64,000 bases of DNA from Patescibacteria group bacterium (GTDB lineage Bacteria; Patescibacteriota; Minisyncoccia; Phycocordibacterales; Phycocordibacteraceae), in assembly GCA_019752595.1 (NCBI GenBank), contig JAIELV010000001.1, positions 618,394 through 682,393 on the forward strand. The letters run 5' to 3'. Within the stretch, counting starts at the first letter, position 1. Each line of letters begins with the position of its first letter. Below are positions 9,334-19,021 of this stretch, in pieces. The notes under the pieces are model-generated. The model was not told the origin of the DNA. It made no database searches and was given only the letters and a program-made list of their open reading frames with translations. Both the position numbers and the translations under genes were made by a program.

Positions 9334-10189
9334 ATGTTATGTACCGCTCTCCGTCTTTCGCCATTATTGCGAAAATAACAATGAGCGCGGTAATTAGCTT
9401 CAAATCGGTTCCAGCAAGCCCCAACCGAAGCGCGATATTTACTATGAACTGATAGAGTACGGAACCGACAATTATCGCGAGCGTTACGGTGGCAATTTTT
9501 CGGGACGAAAGTATTGCTTCGCCGAGCATCAAGGCCGCGAGCCCGAGAATAATGTTACCAATACCCATGTTCACATCCGCAAAGCCCATGTATTGAGCAA
9601 ACAGCGCGCCCGCAAGCCCCATCAAGCCGTTACTTATAACAACACCTGCAAATTTCGTAACATTCGGATTGATGCCGAACGAACGCGCCGTTGCCTCATT
9701 GTCACCAGTTGCGCGCACCTGTAGTCCAAAACCTGTCGAGAGAAACCAATCAATAAAAAATTTTGCAAAGACAACAATAGCAAATAGGACTGCAATGAGT
9801 GCGACATGATTGAACGGCGCCTGCATAACGCCCATAACCGTTTCCTGATTTAGTAGCGAAAGATTGGGGCCATCCATCAGTCGAAGATTTATAGTATAGA
9901 GAATGCCGAGCGCAAGGATGCCCGAAAGAATCTTCTCTATACCCAAGACTGTGTGCAGAAATGCCGTCAGAACGCCCGCGCAAAGCCCTGCCACAAGCCC
10001 GACAAGAAGCGCCGTTTCACCGGGCACTCCGCTCTGTATCGCGAGAGCCGCGGCGGCGGCTCCGGTTACGAAACTTCCATCTACAGAAAGATCGGGGTAA
10101 TTGAGAACTCGAAACGTGAGAAAAACCCCAAGCACAATGAGCCCAGTTAAAAGCCCGAGCTCAAGGGAGATGAAAACTAAATCAACCAT
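9305..10189 (-). CDS. ABC transporter permease (putative Trp/Tyr uptake family)
   Basis: PDLSVDGSF, RATGDN and FADVNMGIG motifs; multiple TM helices. Confidence 0.9.
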   Translation of the reverse strand: MVDLVFISLELGLLTGLIVLGVFLTFRVLNYPDLSVDGSFVTGAAAAALAIQSGVPGETALLVGLVAGLCAGVLTAFLHTVLGIEKILSGILALGILYTINLRLMDGPNLSLLNQETVMGVMQAPFNHVALIAVLFAIVVFAKFFIDWFLSTGFGLQVRATGDNEATARSFGINPNVTKFAGVVISNGLMGLAGALFAQYMGFADVNMGIGNIILGLAALMLGEAILSSRKIATVTLAIIVGSVLYQFIVNIALRLGLAGTDLKLITALIVIFAIMAKDGERYITYGKRIFNTR

Positions 10190-10207
10190 TACCCTTCAGG
10201 ATACAAC

Positions 10208-11191
10208 CTACTCGTAGACTTTTTTCGCACTTGCCAGGACGTCTCCGGGAATGGTAACCCCAAGCATTTTTGCGGTTGTTGTGTTCAGGAAGACATCGGC
10301 GTCGGTAACACCAAGGACAGGGATGCCTGCGGGAGCCTCACCATTAAGAACGCGGATTGCGATTTCTGCCGTACGAACACCTACATATTTGTAATTCGTG
10401 CCGAGCGTTGCAAGTGCGCCTTTTTCAACACCCGATTCATCAAGAGAAATCAGAGGTTTCTTACCGTCAAGCGCAACCTTAATTAACGATTCTTGAGCAG
10501 CAACAACGGTATTGTCGGGGAGCATGTAGAAAGCATCAATTTTTGAAACAAGAGAACGTGCCGCCTGGTTTACTTCCGTCCCAGTATTTGCGGGTGCCGT
10601 TATAATTTCAAATCCGAACTCTTTTGCATACTTTTGAGCTTGCTCGAGTGCGAAGCGCGCATTCGCCTCACCTGGGTTATAGACAATGCCGATTTTCTTT
10701 GCAGTTGGAACCAGTTTTTTCAAGAGCTCCAGATGTTCTCTGTAAAGTGTGATGTCTGAAGTCCCAGTAACATTTGCGCCTGGGGCTTCGTTTGAGACAA
10801 CTAACCCTGCAGTTACCGGGTCAGTAACGGCACCAAAAACAATCGGCGAATCTTTAATCAAATTCACCACCGCCTGGCTTGCCGGAGTTCCTAAAGGCAT
10901 GAAAATGTCGTAACCTGAGGATGCAAACTTCTGCGCTATTGCCGCATTTGCACTGTTATCACCCTGCGCGTTTTGAATGTCGTAGGTAATTGTCTCGCCC
11001 TCAACGTACCCAGCGTTTGCAAATCCTTCTTTAATGCCTGAGATCACCATGTCAAAAACAGGGTGCGAGGTAATTTGTGAAATACCAACAGTTATCGGCG
11101 CGGACGGGCCCGTATCTTTTTTTGATGTCGCAAACCAGGCAAGGCCACCAAGGACCACAACGGCAACGAGAACCCAAATAATGTTTTTCAT
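10208..11191 (-). CDS. ABC transporter substrate-binding protein (ABC_sub_bind, putative aromatic amino acid)
   Basis: NAQGD, PIVFGAVTDP, NVTGTSD, YNPGEAN and PDNTV motifs. Confidence 0.88.
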   Translation of the reverse strand: MKNIIWVLVAVVVLGGLAWFATSKKDTGPSAPITVGISQITSHPVFDMVISGIKEGFANAGYVEGETITYDIQNAQGDNSANAAIAQKFASSGYDIFMPLGTPASQAVVNLIKDSPIVFGAVTDPVTAGLVVSNEAPGANVTGTSDITLYREHLELLKKLVPTAKKIGIVYNPGEANARFALEQAQKYAKEFGFEIITAPANTGTEVNQAARSLVSKIDAFYMLPDNTVVAAQESLIKVALDGKKPLISLDESGVEKGALATLGTNYKYVGVRTAEIAIRVLNGEAPAGIPVLGVTDADVFLNTTTAKMLGVTIPGDVLASAKKVYE

Positions 11192-11267
11192 AAATTGAAT
11201 TAATCTTTAATTAGCTCGATACCTTATATATACATATTACTCCAGGGCTTCGGCGGATAAAGTCCGA

Positions 11268-11441
11268 TTAAATTCCACGCCCTTTTGGCCACATGCGTCG
11301 CTCTGGAAGAGAAGCGACGGCTTCCTCTCCAAAACGAGCAACAAGTTGTTCCTTCAATTGAACACTGAGGGCATCTACGCTGATTGGCTTAACGATTGGG
11401 GCGCCTTCCCTAGCCTCGGCGGCGTGAGCACTTTTTTTCAT
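11268..11441 (-). CDS. 57-aa ORF heading the ABC operon
   Basis: MKKSAHAAE...RRMWPKGRGI lies between a TTGACA-N17-TATATT promoter and the binding-protein gene. Confidence 0.55.
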   Translation of the reverse strand: MKKSAHAAEAREGAPIVKPISVDALSVQLKEQLVARFGEEAVASLPERRMWPKGRGI

Positions 11442-11475
11442 AAAGTTTTTACTTAAGTAACTAAAGTCTATGCCG

Positions 11476-11611
11476 AATATATCATTCCAATAATAACTTG
11501 TCAATATTTTTCGTCAATTTTTCCTTTATTTGTATTTAGTTGAATAGAAATCTTGTATTTTTAATATTTTTGTGGAATTAAATTGACACAATCTCATGGC
11601 TCTAGTACACT
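11476..11611. promoter_or_regulatory. Back-to-back sigma70 promoters (TrmB-2 divergon)
   Basis: Minus: TTGACA(11504-11499)-N17-TATATT. Plus: TTGACA(11583-11588)-N17-TACACT. The spacer is AT-rich and 78 bp. Confidence 0.75.
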
Positions 11612-11618
11612 CTCAATC

Positions 11619-12407
11619 ATGGGTAAACGAGAGGAACAATCCTTAGACACATTGCTTTCTTTCGGGCTCTCGAAGAAAGAAGCCGGAGTGTACATTGCGC
11701 TCCTCGGACACGGGCGCGGAACGGTATCCCAAATCTCACGAAAAGCCGGAATCAACAGAACGACGGGGTACGACATCCTCGCTTCTTTAGCACGGGCGGG
11801 TCTTGTGCGTGTTTCCGGGAAAGAACCGAAACAAGAATATGTAGCTGAATCTCCGGATAATTTGTTGAAACTTCTGAATCGCCGCCTCAGAGAGACTGAA
11901 GAAAGTATACACAAAGCGAAAGATTTTATTCCTGAATTAAAATCACTCCATAAAATTGACGACAGACCGCAAGTAAAATTTTACGAAGGGATTGAAGGGA
12001 TGAAACAAGTATACGAAGATACGCTCACCGCAACGGAGACGATACATGCGTACGCAAATTACGATGATATGCATGCGACCTTGGGCGACTATTTTCCTTC
12101 GTACTACAAACGACGCGCGGCAAAGGGTGTATACGCAATCGGAATCGTACCTGCAACTCCACTCGCGAAAGAGCGCGCTGCAAAAAACACTGAAGAAAAT
12201 CGTGAACTAACGCTTACCCCGCTGGAAAAATTCAACATCTCGCCTGAGATAGATATATATGACAACAAAACGGTTTTTGTTTCGTGGCGGGAAAAACTCG
12301 GCATTATTATTGAGAGCAAAGAAATAGCAGACGCAATGAAAAACATTTTTACACTTGCACAAGGAGAAGCGAAGCGTTTAGAGAAAGAAGCGGGGCTTAA
12401 TCTCTAG
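11619..12407 (+). CDS. TrmB-family transcriptional regulator (paralog 2)
   Basis: Close paralog of 7674-8447 (identical RPQVKFYEGIEGMKQVYEDTLT and SWREKLGIIIESKEIA). Start moved to ATG 11619, 7 nt after the -10. Confidence 0.88.
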   Translation: MGKREEQSLDTLLSFGLSKKEAGVYIALLGHGRGTVSQISRKAGINRTTGYDILASLARAGLVRVSGKEPKQEYVAESPDNLLKLLNRRLRETEESIHKAKDFIPELKSLHKIDDRPQVKFYEGIEGMKQVYEDTLTATETIHAYANYDDMHATLGDYFPSYYKRRAAKGVYAIGIVPATPLAKERAAKNTEENRELTLTPLEKFNISPEIDIYDNKTVFVSWREKLGIIIESKEIADAMKNIFTLAQGEAKRLEKEAGLNL

Positions 12408-12648
12408 ACCCGCGAGCAATAGTTTTTATGTCTTTTTCGTAGTATCGAACCTCAAAAAGTTCAGCAAGGAGCGCCCGATTTACGTAATCAAACAAACGAC
12501 TGTAGAGAAGCGAGTCATCCGAGGTTTGAATTCCATCCTGACGACGTATCCGTTTCAGCTTACGAACGCCTGCATTTATGACTGCGTCGCACTGTTTATC
12601 AATCTCATTTGTTTCCATGACCTTCAAGGCACTCACAAAATTCTCCAT
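12397..12648 (-). CDS. Hypothetical protein
   Basis: 83-aa ORF filling the gap between TrmB-2 and clpP; no motif recognised. Confidence 0.45.
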   Translation of the reverse strand: MENFVSALKVMETNEIDKQCDAVINAGVRKLKRIRRQDGIQTSDDSLLYSRLFDYVNRALLAELFEVRYYEKDIKTIARGSRD

Positions 12649-12698
12649 GTCAAAGCTGCGTAGCGAAACCAAAGCAACTGGAGTATAGTTATTGAACT

Positions 12699-13301
12699 AT
12701 GGCACACAACATCACCAATCAGCTTGTTCCGATGGTCATTGAGAAGACCACGATGGGCGAGCGCGCATACGACATTTATTCACGCCTCTTGAAGGAGCGT
12801 ATTATTTTCCTTGGCGGACCGATTGACGACCACCTCGCTAACCTCATCATCGCCCAACTCCTCTTTTTGGAATCTGAAGACCCGAAGAAAGATGTCTACC
12901 TCTATATAAACTCCCCTGGTGGTTCTGTATCTGCAGGTATGGCAATTCTCGACACCATGAACTACGTGAAGCCCGACATCGCGACCGTGTGCGTCGGTAT
13001 TGCAGCGTCAGCGGCGGCGGTTATTCTCTCAGCTGGCAAGAAAGGCAAGCGCTACACCCTCCCGAACTCGGAAGTCATGATTCATCAGGTGATGGGTGGG
13101 GCCGAAGGTCAGGCAACGGACATCGCTATTGCGGCAAAACACATTCTTCGCACCAAGGACAACCTGAACAAGATTCTTGCCAAGAACACTGGTAAAACGG
13201 CTGCTGAAGTAGAGAAAGACGCAGAACGCGACTATTGGATGACAGCGGATGAAGCTAAAAAGTACGGGATTATAGACGAGATATACAAAACCCGCTCCTA
13301 A
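12699..13301 (+). CDS. clpP: ATP-dependent Clp protease proteolytic subunit
   Basis: [30 protein letters not shown] (catalytic Ser), MIHQ. Confidence 0.97.
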   Translation: MAHNITNQLVPMVIEKTTMGERAYDIYSRLLKERIIFLGGPIDDHLANLIIAQLLFLESEDPKKDVYLYINSPGGSVSAGMAILDTMNYVKPDIATVCVGIAASAAAVILSAGKKGKRYTLPNSEVMIHQVMGGAEGQATDIAIAAKHILRTKDNLNKILAKNTGKTAAEVEKDAERDYWMTADEAKKYGIIDEIYKTRS

Positions 13302-13403
13302 CTACGCTGAGTGCGACACTGGATGACAGTCAACCGAGCGAGTGATGCTTATAAGACCAGCAAAGCTGGGCTCACACAACAAGGAGCTAGGCACTTGACC
13401 TGA

Positions 13404-13432
13404 TTGCACCGTCACGGTCTTGGGGGTATTAT
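13404..13432 (+). promoter_or_regulatory. Sigma70 promoter upstream of the structured RNA and rny
   Basis: TTGCAC-N17-TATTAT. Confidence 0.65.
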
Positions 13433-13460
13433 TCAAAAGTACCCTTTAATTTTGAAATTT

Positions 13461-13585
13461 GGAACAAGCTGACCTATGACTTCCGAACTAAAAGCGCGAG
13501 AAAACCTAACTCTACGACCCGTAGCGGCCTTCGGTATTGTTTTCATCCACTAATTTCGGCAACCTTTCATAGTGCAGCGCGTTCC
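13461..13585 (+). ncRNA. Candidate 6S-like RNA or structured rny leader
   Basis: Rod-like fold by eye: GGAAC/GTTCC, GCTG/CAGC, CTATGA/TCATAG, CCGAA/TTCGG, an internal bubble, then GAAAAC/GTTTTC. Lies directly upstream of rny. Confidence 0.55.
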
Positions 13586-13596
13586 TACAAACGCGT

Positions 13597-15126
13597 ATGT
13601 CGACATTAACAGTAGTTCTTCTTCTCGCAGCGGCGGTTGTCGTCGGTATTGCTGCGGGATATTTTCTCCGCTGGCTAGTAGCCCTTGGACAGAAAGGCTC
13701 GGCCGAGATTCAAGTCAAACAGAAACTTTTAGAAGCTCGTGAGCAGGCAAAAAACATTCTTGCTGAAGGCGAGAAACAAGCGGGACAGCTTGAGATTGCG
13801 CTTCGCGAAGAATTCCGCGTCAAAGAAGAAGCGCTTGTTGCGAAAGAAAAGCGCGTGGGCGAGAAAGAATCATACCTAGATAAACGCCAGCTTGACCTCG
13901 ACCGCGAGGCTGACCGTGTGAAAGGCCAGATTGAAGAAATAAAAAAGATAAAGGAGCGTGCTGATGCTTTGATTGTTGAGCGTGAAAAAGCGCTTGAAGC
14001 AGTTGCGCATCTTACGGAGGAAGAAGCAAAGGAGAAATTAGTGGACGCTGTTCGCCAGGAACACGAAGAAGACATTATGGTCCGTATCCAGAAGATGGAA
14101 CTTGAAGGCAAAGAACGCCTCGAGACGAAAGCCCGCGATATTCTAACAACCGCAATCCACCGCTTGGGTAATTCCGTACATGCGGACGTTCTGACTTCAA
14201 ACATCCCTCTACCGTCTGAAGAAATGAAAGGAAAGATTATCGGTCGTGAAGGAAGAAACATTCGTACATTCGAACGTGTAACTGGTGTTGACGTTCTTGT
14301 TGATGAAACCCCAGGCATGATTACGCTTTCCTGCTTCGATCCTGTGCGCAGGCAAATTGCAAGAATTGCTCTTGAGAACTTGATTATCGATCAGCGTATT
14401 CAGCCAGCGAAAATTGAAGACGCGGTCATCAAGGCACGCGACGAAATTGCGAAGGTTATGAAGGAAAAAGCAGATCAAGCAGCTTACGAAGTGGGCTTGC
14501 ACGGCTTCGACCCTCGCCTCATGGGAATTTTGGGCCGTCTCTATTTCCGCACCTCGTACGGTCAGAACGTACTTCAGCACTCAACTGAAATGGCGCACAT
14601 TGCAGGCATGATTGCAGCTGAATTAGGTGCTGATGTGAAAGTTGCAAAAGCGGGAGCGCTGTTCCATGACATTGGTAAAGCAGTCGATCATGCTGTACAA
14701 GGTACGCACGTTGAAATCGGACGCAGAATTTTGGAGAAGTTTGGTGCCGACAAACGCATCATTCAGGCAATGCAGGCTCACCATGAGGAATACCCGTACG
14801 AAACGATTGAGTCTTACATCGTGCAGGTTGCCGACGCTATTTCGGGTGGGCGCCCTGGTGCACGTCGTGATTCAGTAGAGAATTACATCAAGCGCCTAAC
14901 CGAGCTTGAGAACATTGCAACGTCATTTGCAGGTGTTGAAAAAGCATACGCCATTCAGGCAGGTCGCGAAGTTCGAATCTTCGTGAAGCCCGAAGAAATT
15001 TCAGACATGGCAGCGCGTGAATTGGCACGAAACATAGCTATGCGCGTTGAAAACGAAATGAAATACCCTGGCGAAGTGAAAATCAACGTCATCAGGGAAA
15101 GCAGGGCCGTGGAATTCGCCCGATAA
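13597..15126 (+). CDS. rny: Ribonuclease Y
   Basis: N-terminal TM, coiled coil, KH (KGKIIGREGRNIR), RTSYGQNVLQH and HD motif (HDIGK). Confidence 0.96.
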   Translation: MSTLTVVLLLAAAVVVGIAAGYFLRWLVALGQKGSAEIQVKQKLLEAREQAKNILAEGEKQAGQLEIALREEFRVKEEALVAKEKRVGEKESYLDKRQLDLDREADRVKGQIEEIKKIKERADALIVEREKALEAVAHLTEEEAKEKLVDAVRQEHEEDIMVRIQKMELEGKERLETKARDILTTAIHRLGNSVHADVLTSNIPLPSEEMKGKIIGREGRNIRTFERVTGVDVLVDETPGMITLSCFDPVRRQIARIALENLIIDQRIQPAKIEDAVIKARDEIAKVMKEKADQAAYEVGLHGFDPRLMGILGRLYFRTSYGQNVLQHSTEMAHIAGMIAAELGADVKVAKAGALFHDIGKAVDHAVQGTHVEIGRRILEKFGADKRIIQAMQAHHEEYPYETIESYIVQVADAISGGRPGARRDSVENYIKRLTELENIATSFAGVEKAYAIQAGREVRIFVKPEEISDMAARELARNIAMRVENEMKYPGEVKINVIRESRAVEFAR

Positions 15127-15129
15127 TTT

Positions 15130-15155
15130 AAAACCCCCACAATTGCGGGGGTTTT
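15130..15155. terminator. Bidirectional terminator
   Basis: AAAACCCCCAC/GCGGGGGTTTT between convergent genes. Confidence 0.75.
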
Positions 15156-15165
15156 ATGTGGAAGA

Positions 15166-15540
15166 TTATCCTTCTGCCCTAGCATGTGCTGGGTGTTTCC
15201 AAACATTTTGGGAAGTTCGGAAGCCTTCTCCGCATGGTCCGTACCCTACGTCCATATCTGGCCAGACAAACTCTTCCGTTTCAATCTTTTTGCCTTTATC
15301 GCCACCCTGACTGTGTCTGCGGTAAACGATTTGACCGTCTTTTCCAATACCGCGGTATGTAGCGTCGATGAGTTCCGCGGGCTCAGTCAAACAGTGAGAC
15401 CATGCGACCGCTATCTTATCTAGAATAACGCGATCCCCCCTGCTGATGCCGAGGGCCCCCATCAGAGCTCTCATCTCCTCAGGTCGTGGCCATGCTCTTT
15501 TATAGTCTGGATGTGCTGGGTGGCTCTTCTCTACTGCCAT
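15166..15540 (-). CDS. Hypothetical protein
   Basis: 124 aa from ATG 15540 (MAVEKSHP...), with an upstream TTGACA; no family recognised. Confidence 0.6.
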   Translation of the reverse strand: MAVEKSHPAHPDYKRAWPRPEEMRALMGALGISRGDRVILDKIAVAWSHCLTEPAELIDATYRGIGKDGQIVYRRHSQGGDKGKKIETEEFVWPDMDVGYGPCGEGFRTSQNVWKHPAHARAEG

Positions 15541-15678
15541 AAAATGATTATTTGATAGTAGTAGATACTCCTTTTTTGTCAAATTTTGACCCAAAAATGC
15601 ACTATTGCGCAAAAAACGGCTCTATATATACTGTTTCATACGGCATTACTTTAGCCATTATAAATAAAAAATATACAT

Positions 15679-15951
15679 ATGAACAAAGCAGACCTCTCCG
15701 ACAAAGTGCACTCGCTCCTCGGCGGCACAAAAACACAGGCTGAATCTGTGGTCGAAATGCTTATCGACACCATCACTGGTGCTTTGAAGAAAGGCGACGA
15801 AGTTTCTATCGCAGGATTGGGCATTTTCTCAACCAAAATGCGCCCAGCACGCACAGGTCGTAACCCAAGAACGGGTGAGTCTATCAAAGTTCCTTCTATG
15901 CGCGTTCCTAAGTTCCGCGCTGCAAAGGCCCTGAAGGACGCGGTAAAGTAA
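15679..15951 (+). CDS. hup: DNA-binding protein HU
   Basis: MNKADL, ARTGRNPRTGE, VPKFRAAKALKDAV. Confidence 0.96.
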   Translation: MNKADLSDKVHSLLGGTKTQAESVVEMLIDTITGALKKGDEVSIAGLGIFSTKMRPARTGRNPRTGESIKVPSMRVPKFRAAKALKDAVK

Positions 15952-15977
15952 AAGCATTCCGCCTAATAGGGAAGCCT

Positions 15978-16006
15978 AAAACCCGCTCACATCATGAGCG
16001 GGTTTT
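15978..16006 (+). terminator. Terminator after hup
   Basis: AAAACCCGCTCA/TGAGCGGGTTTT. Confidence 0.8.
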
Positions 16007-16143
16007 GCGTTTCCGCGAAGGCGAAAGCTTTTTCAGCTCTCCTCGGCTCGGGAATGAAAACTACAGGCTCTCATTCCCCTCGCCCTACGTCGGCTGTAGC
16101 CCATGTCTTCAAAAACACCCGCCTCAGGCGGGTGTTTTTTATT

Positions 16144-16267
16144 GGGAATCGGTCCTTACAGGACCAGTACGGGTTTCGCATTCACGTCGCTTTCGCTCGT
16201 TCATATGCTCAACCGCCTTCGATTCCCTTACGCGAATGAAGCAGTTCATTCGCTATCCCGCGTACCA
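16144..16267 (-). repeat. tRNA-associated structured element, copy 1 (3' of tRNA-Gly-TCC)
   Basis: Core 16152-16214 is 57/63 identical to 26547-26609. It is flanked by direct and inverted copies of this tRNA's 3' sequence. Confidence 0.8.
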
Positions 16268-16365
16268 ATATATAAAAACAACCCACACGGAGTGGGTCAT
16301 TTTTATATATGTGCGACTTTGTTTTGTTGTCGGTACTCCGACTTAGAAAACAAGAAGTACTCGTG

Positions 16366-16439
16366 TGGTGCGGGATAAGGGAATCGAACCCTTGCCATCA
16401 GTTTGGAAAACTGATGTTCTACCATTAAACTAATCCCGC
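16366..16439 (-). tRNA. tRNA-Gly(TCC)
   Basis: GCGGGAT acceptor, TCAGT-tTTCCaa-type anticodon arm closing on ACTGA, GGTTCGATTCC T-arm, encoded CCA. Confidence 0.95.
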
Positions 16440-16477
16440 CTTCGCCTCACTTCTGCTCGGCTTCGGCGGGCAGGCCC
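16435..16477 (-). repeat. REP-like GC-rich hairpin overlapping the tRNA-Gly 5' end
   Basis: Minus strand CCCGCC-GAA-GCC...GGC-GAA-GGCGGG. The 11-mer GGCTTCGGCGG recurs at 11246-11256. Confidence 0.55.
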
Positions 16478-16560
16478 GCTTTGAGCAACAGAAGGTTCTG
16501 TGAACTTTAGCAAATGAAGCGTACTTTTGAAAGAAGTGCGGAGGCGGTATTCTGAAGCCT

Positions 16561-17727
16561 ATGCTCGCCTTGCTCCAAACCATCACTGTCGGAATTTTCG
16601 GATTCCTTGTCGCAGTCTTCAGTGTTTTTGGCTTGCATACTGAACAAGCAACGGCCCCGTCCGACAGAATGCCTGCGGTCATACAAGAGATACCAGAAGC
16701 GCCCGTCGAAACTACCGTCACAACCCCCGCCCCCGAAAAAGAAACACCTGTTGCAGAAAACCCAAAAACGGAGGCACCAAAACCTACGGTACCCTCGACA
16801 CCGAATTCCGAAACTGCTGTAGGCTCGACACTCATTCCGCAAACACCTACGGCCCCTCTTCCTGTGGCGCCGACGAATGCTCCTTCTGCAGTGAACGAAG
16901 CGGTTAGAAAAACGGTGGTGAATATTTTTTGTACGTCCATTTTTGGTGGACCGTTTGATGCAATTTCAGCGAGTGGTGTGATGATTGACCCTCGCGGAAT
17001 TATTCTCACGAACGCACACGTAGCGCAGTATTTCTTGCTCCGCGATTACCCAACACCAAACACCATGAGTTGCGTGATACGCACGGGCGCTCCTGCGATA
17101 CCGCAGTACACTGCAGAATTGATGTTCCTCCCGCCGAGTTGGATACAAAAAAATGCGCAAAAAATAAAAGACGAAAACCCCTTGGGCACGGGTGAGCATG
17201 ATTACGCATTGGTGCGCATTACAGGAACAATCAACAAACAAAACGCATTGCCGTCAGTGTTCCCCTACTCGCCCATTTCAACAGCGCTACCAAAGCTCGA
17301 CGACGACGTTCTGATTGTCGGGTACCCAGCAGGGTTTTTAGGCGGGATCGCGCTTCAACGTGATTTGTATCAGTCATCTGCATTTACTAAAGTGCGCGAA
17401 CTTTTAACATTTGTTGAAAGCACGTTGGATGTCTTTTCAATCGGCGGTTCCGTGGTTGCCCAATCAGGGTCTTCGGGTGGCTCCGCTTCTAACTTAGCAG
17501 GGGAACTCATTGGTCTCATTGTGACAACAACTGCAGGCGCAGACACTTCGTCGCGTGATTTACGCGCTATTACTACATCGTATATTTTAAGAGATTTTCA
17601 AAACGAAGCGGGGGTTGCGCTTGGTGTGTATCTTTCAGGAGATCCCGCGGAACGCGTTTCACTGTTCAGACAAACAAAAGAAGTTGACCTTATTAGAAGG
17701 TTAACTGACGCTATAGAGGCAGACTAA
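16561..17727 (+). CDS. Membrane-anchored trypsin-like serine protease
   Basis: N-terminal TM, Pro/Thr linker and catalytic triad motifs LTNAHV, HDYAL, SGSSGG. Confidence 0.88.
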   Translation: MLALLQTITVGIFGFLVAVFSVFGLHTEQATAPSDRMPAVIQEIPEAPVETTVTTPAPEKETPVAENPKTEAPKPTVPSTPNSETAVGSTLIPQTPTAPLPVAPTNAPSAVNEAVRKTVVNIFCTSIFGGPFDAISASGVMIDPRGIILTNAHVAQYFLLRDYPTPNTMSCVIRTGAPAIPQYTAELMFLPPSWIQKNAQKIKDENPLGTGEHDYALVRITGTINKQNALPSVFPYSPISTALPKLDDDVLIVGYPAGFLGGIALQRDLYQSSAFTKVRELLTFVESTLDVFSIGGSVVAQSGSSGGSASNLAGELIGLIVTTTAGADTSSRDLRAITTSYILRDFQNEAGVALGVYLSGDPAERVSLFRQTKEVDLIRRLTDAIEAD

Positions 17728-17743
17728 TTTCAATTTTTTCAGG

Positions 17744-19021
17744 TTATTCGGAATCAGTATCCGCATCTTTTTCTTGTTGCACCCTTTCAGGAGGTGCAAG
17801 TTCACCAAGTTCCGATACAGGTTCCTGTATCTGCACAGGGATCGGTAACGTATTTTTAATAACAGCGTTCTCATTGAAGTCGCCACTAGCACCCTCGCGC
17901 GGTATGACTTTCAGTCGCGACTTCTGAAATGCCTTCAAAAAGACCGAGAGTTTCACGGAAATCGTAGCAGCTTTTCTGTATGAGGCGAGCGCAAGAGCAA
18001 AATCATTCTGAGACACTGCTTGATCGGCAGAAGACATAAGTGTTTTGATTTCAGAAAGTTCCCCATTCACGCGCATGCGTGCATCTTCATCAATTCTCTC
18101 TTCGAGGCGCTCAAACAGTCGCGATGCATTTTGAAATTCTTTTTTTGCAGAGCGTGCAAATCTTTGAACCACTTCTTCGCTCACGGTGGCTATTTGTACG
18201 GGAGGCGCTTCCTCAGCTACAGATGCTGCACGCGCTTTCATTGATGATCCTTCAGCCACCCCTGTGTCCATAGCGACAGACATCATCATGGTAGTAGCTT
18301 CAGGCGCTGGCTCGGAAAGTACAGCAACTGTGGCAGACGGTATGGGCACGCCACTCACCCGCTCAGTGACCCGCGCAAGACGGGCAATTTTTGTTCGTAC
18401 TTGATCTTTTAAGTTGCGAACTTTTTCAGGGTGCTCAACATCTGCGAGTACTACTTCGTGTGCCAAAAGTGTATTTTCAAAACGCGTGGCAACATCCGCA
18501 GCAATTGAAGCTTCTGAGGCTTCTAAGCGTTCCACATCAACTACAAAACGTTCAGCATGTTTTTCAAAACGATTTTCAAGCTCTTCCTTCGCTTCGTCGG
18601 TTAATGCATCATCCGAAGCAAGTTTTGCTGCTTCTTCCAAACGGCGCTCTGCCAATTCTGCGTTCCACAATGCTTTTGACTCGGACGAAACGGAAAGTAC
18701 TGCGACAACGGGTTCATTTACTTCTACCTTGATAGGGTAGAGCGCATCCCCTGGCAAAGCATTTTCCGCTGCAAAACTCACACCAGCACCCGAAAACAAA
18801 ATACCCGCCACCAGAAGGAGCGCAACTGATTTACGCGAAAACGCGTACAGTGACAAAAGCATGTACGAGATCGGCGCACGCCGATCCAAGGGCACGTTTC
18901 GAAGAGGCTTCATTGCGATATATTCAGAAAGCACACGTTTCATGCGCTCGCGCTCGATGTCTGAGAGAGACACATGCTCCCCGCTTTTTCGTATGTACTC
19001 TGTGAGGTTTATTTTTTTCAT
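17744..19021 (-). CDS. DUF5667-like membrane protein, probable anti-sigma factor
   Basis: TM followed by AENALPGDALYPIK and AERRLEEA; ATGA overlap with the ECF sigma gene. Confidence 0.75.
   Translation of the reverse strand: MKKINLTEYIRKSGEHVSLSDIERERMKRVLSEYIAMKPLRNVPLDRRAPISYMLLSLYAFSRKSVALLLVAGILFSGAGVSFAAENALPGDALYPIKVEVNEPVVAVLSVSSESKALWNAELAERRLEEAAKLASDDALTDEAKEELENRFEKHAERFVVDVERLEASEASIAADVATRFENTLLAHEVVLADVEHPEKVRNLKDQVRTKIARLARVTERVSGVPIPSATVAVLSEPAPEATTMMMSVAMDTGVAEGSSMKARAASVAEEAPPVQIATVSEEVVQRFARSAKKEFQNASRLFERLEERIDEDARMRVNGELSEIKTLMSSADQAVSQNDFALALASYRKAATISVKLSVFLKAFQKSRLKVIPREGASGDFNENAVIKNTLPIPVQIQEPVSELGELAPPERVQQEKDADTDSE

Noticed and set aside
11268-11441. Classical Trp attenuator leader peptide for the ABC operon
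   Set aside because: It has only one Trp codon and no terminator/antiterminator pair or T-box downstream.
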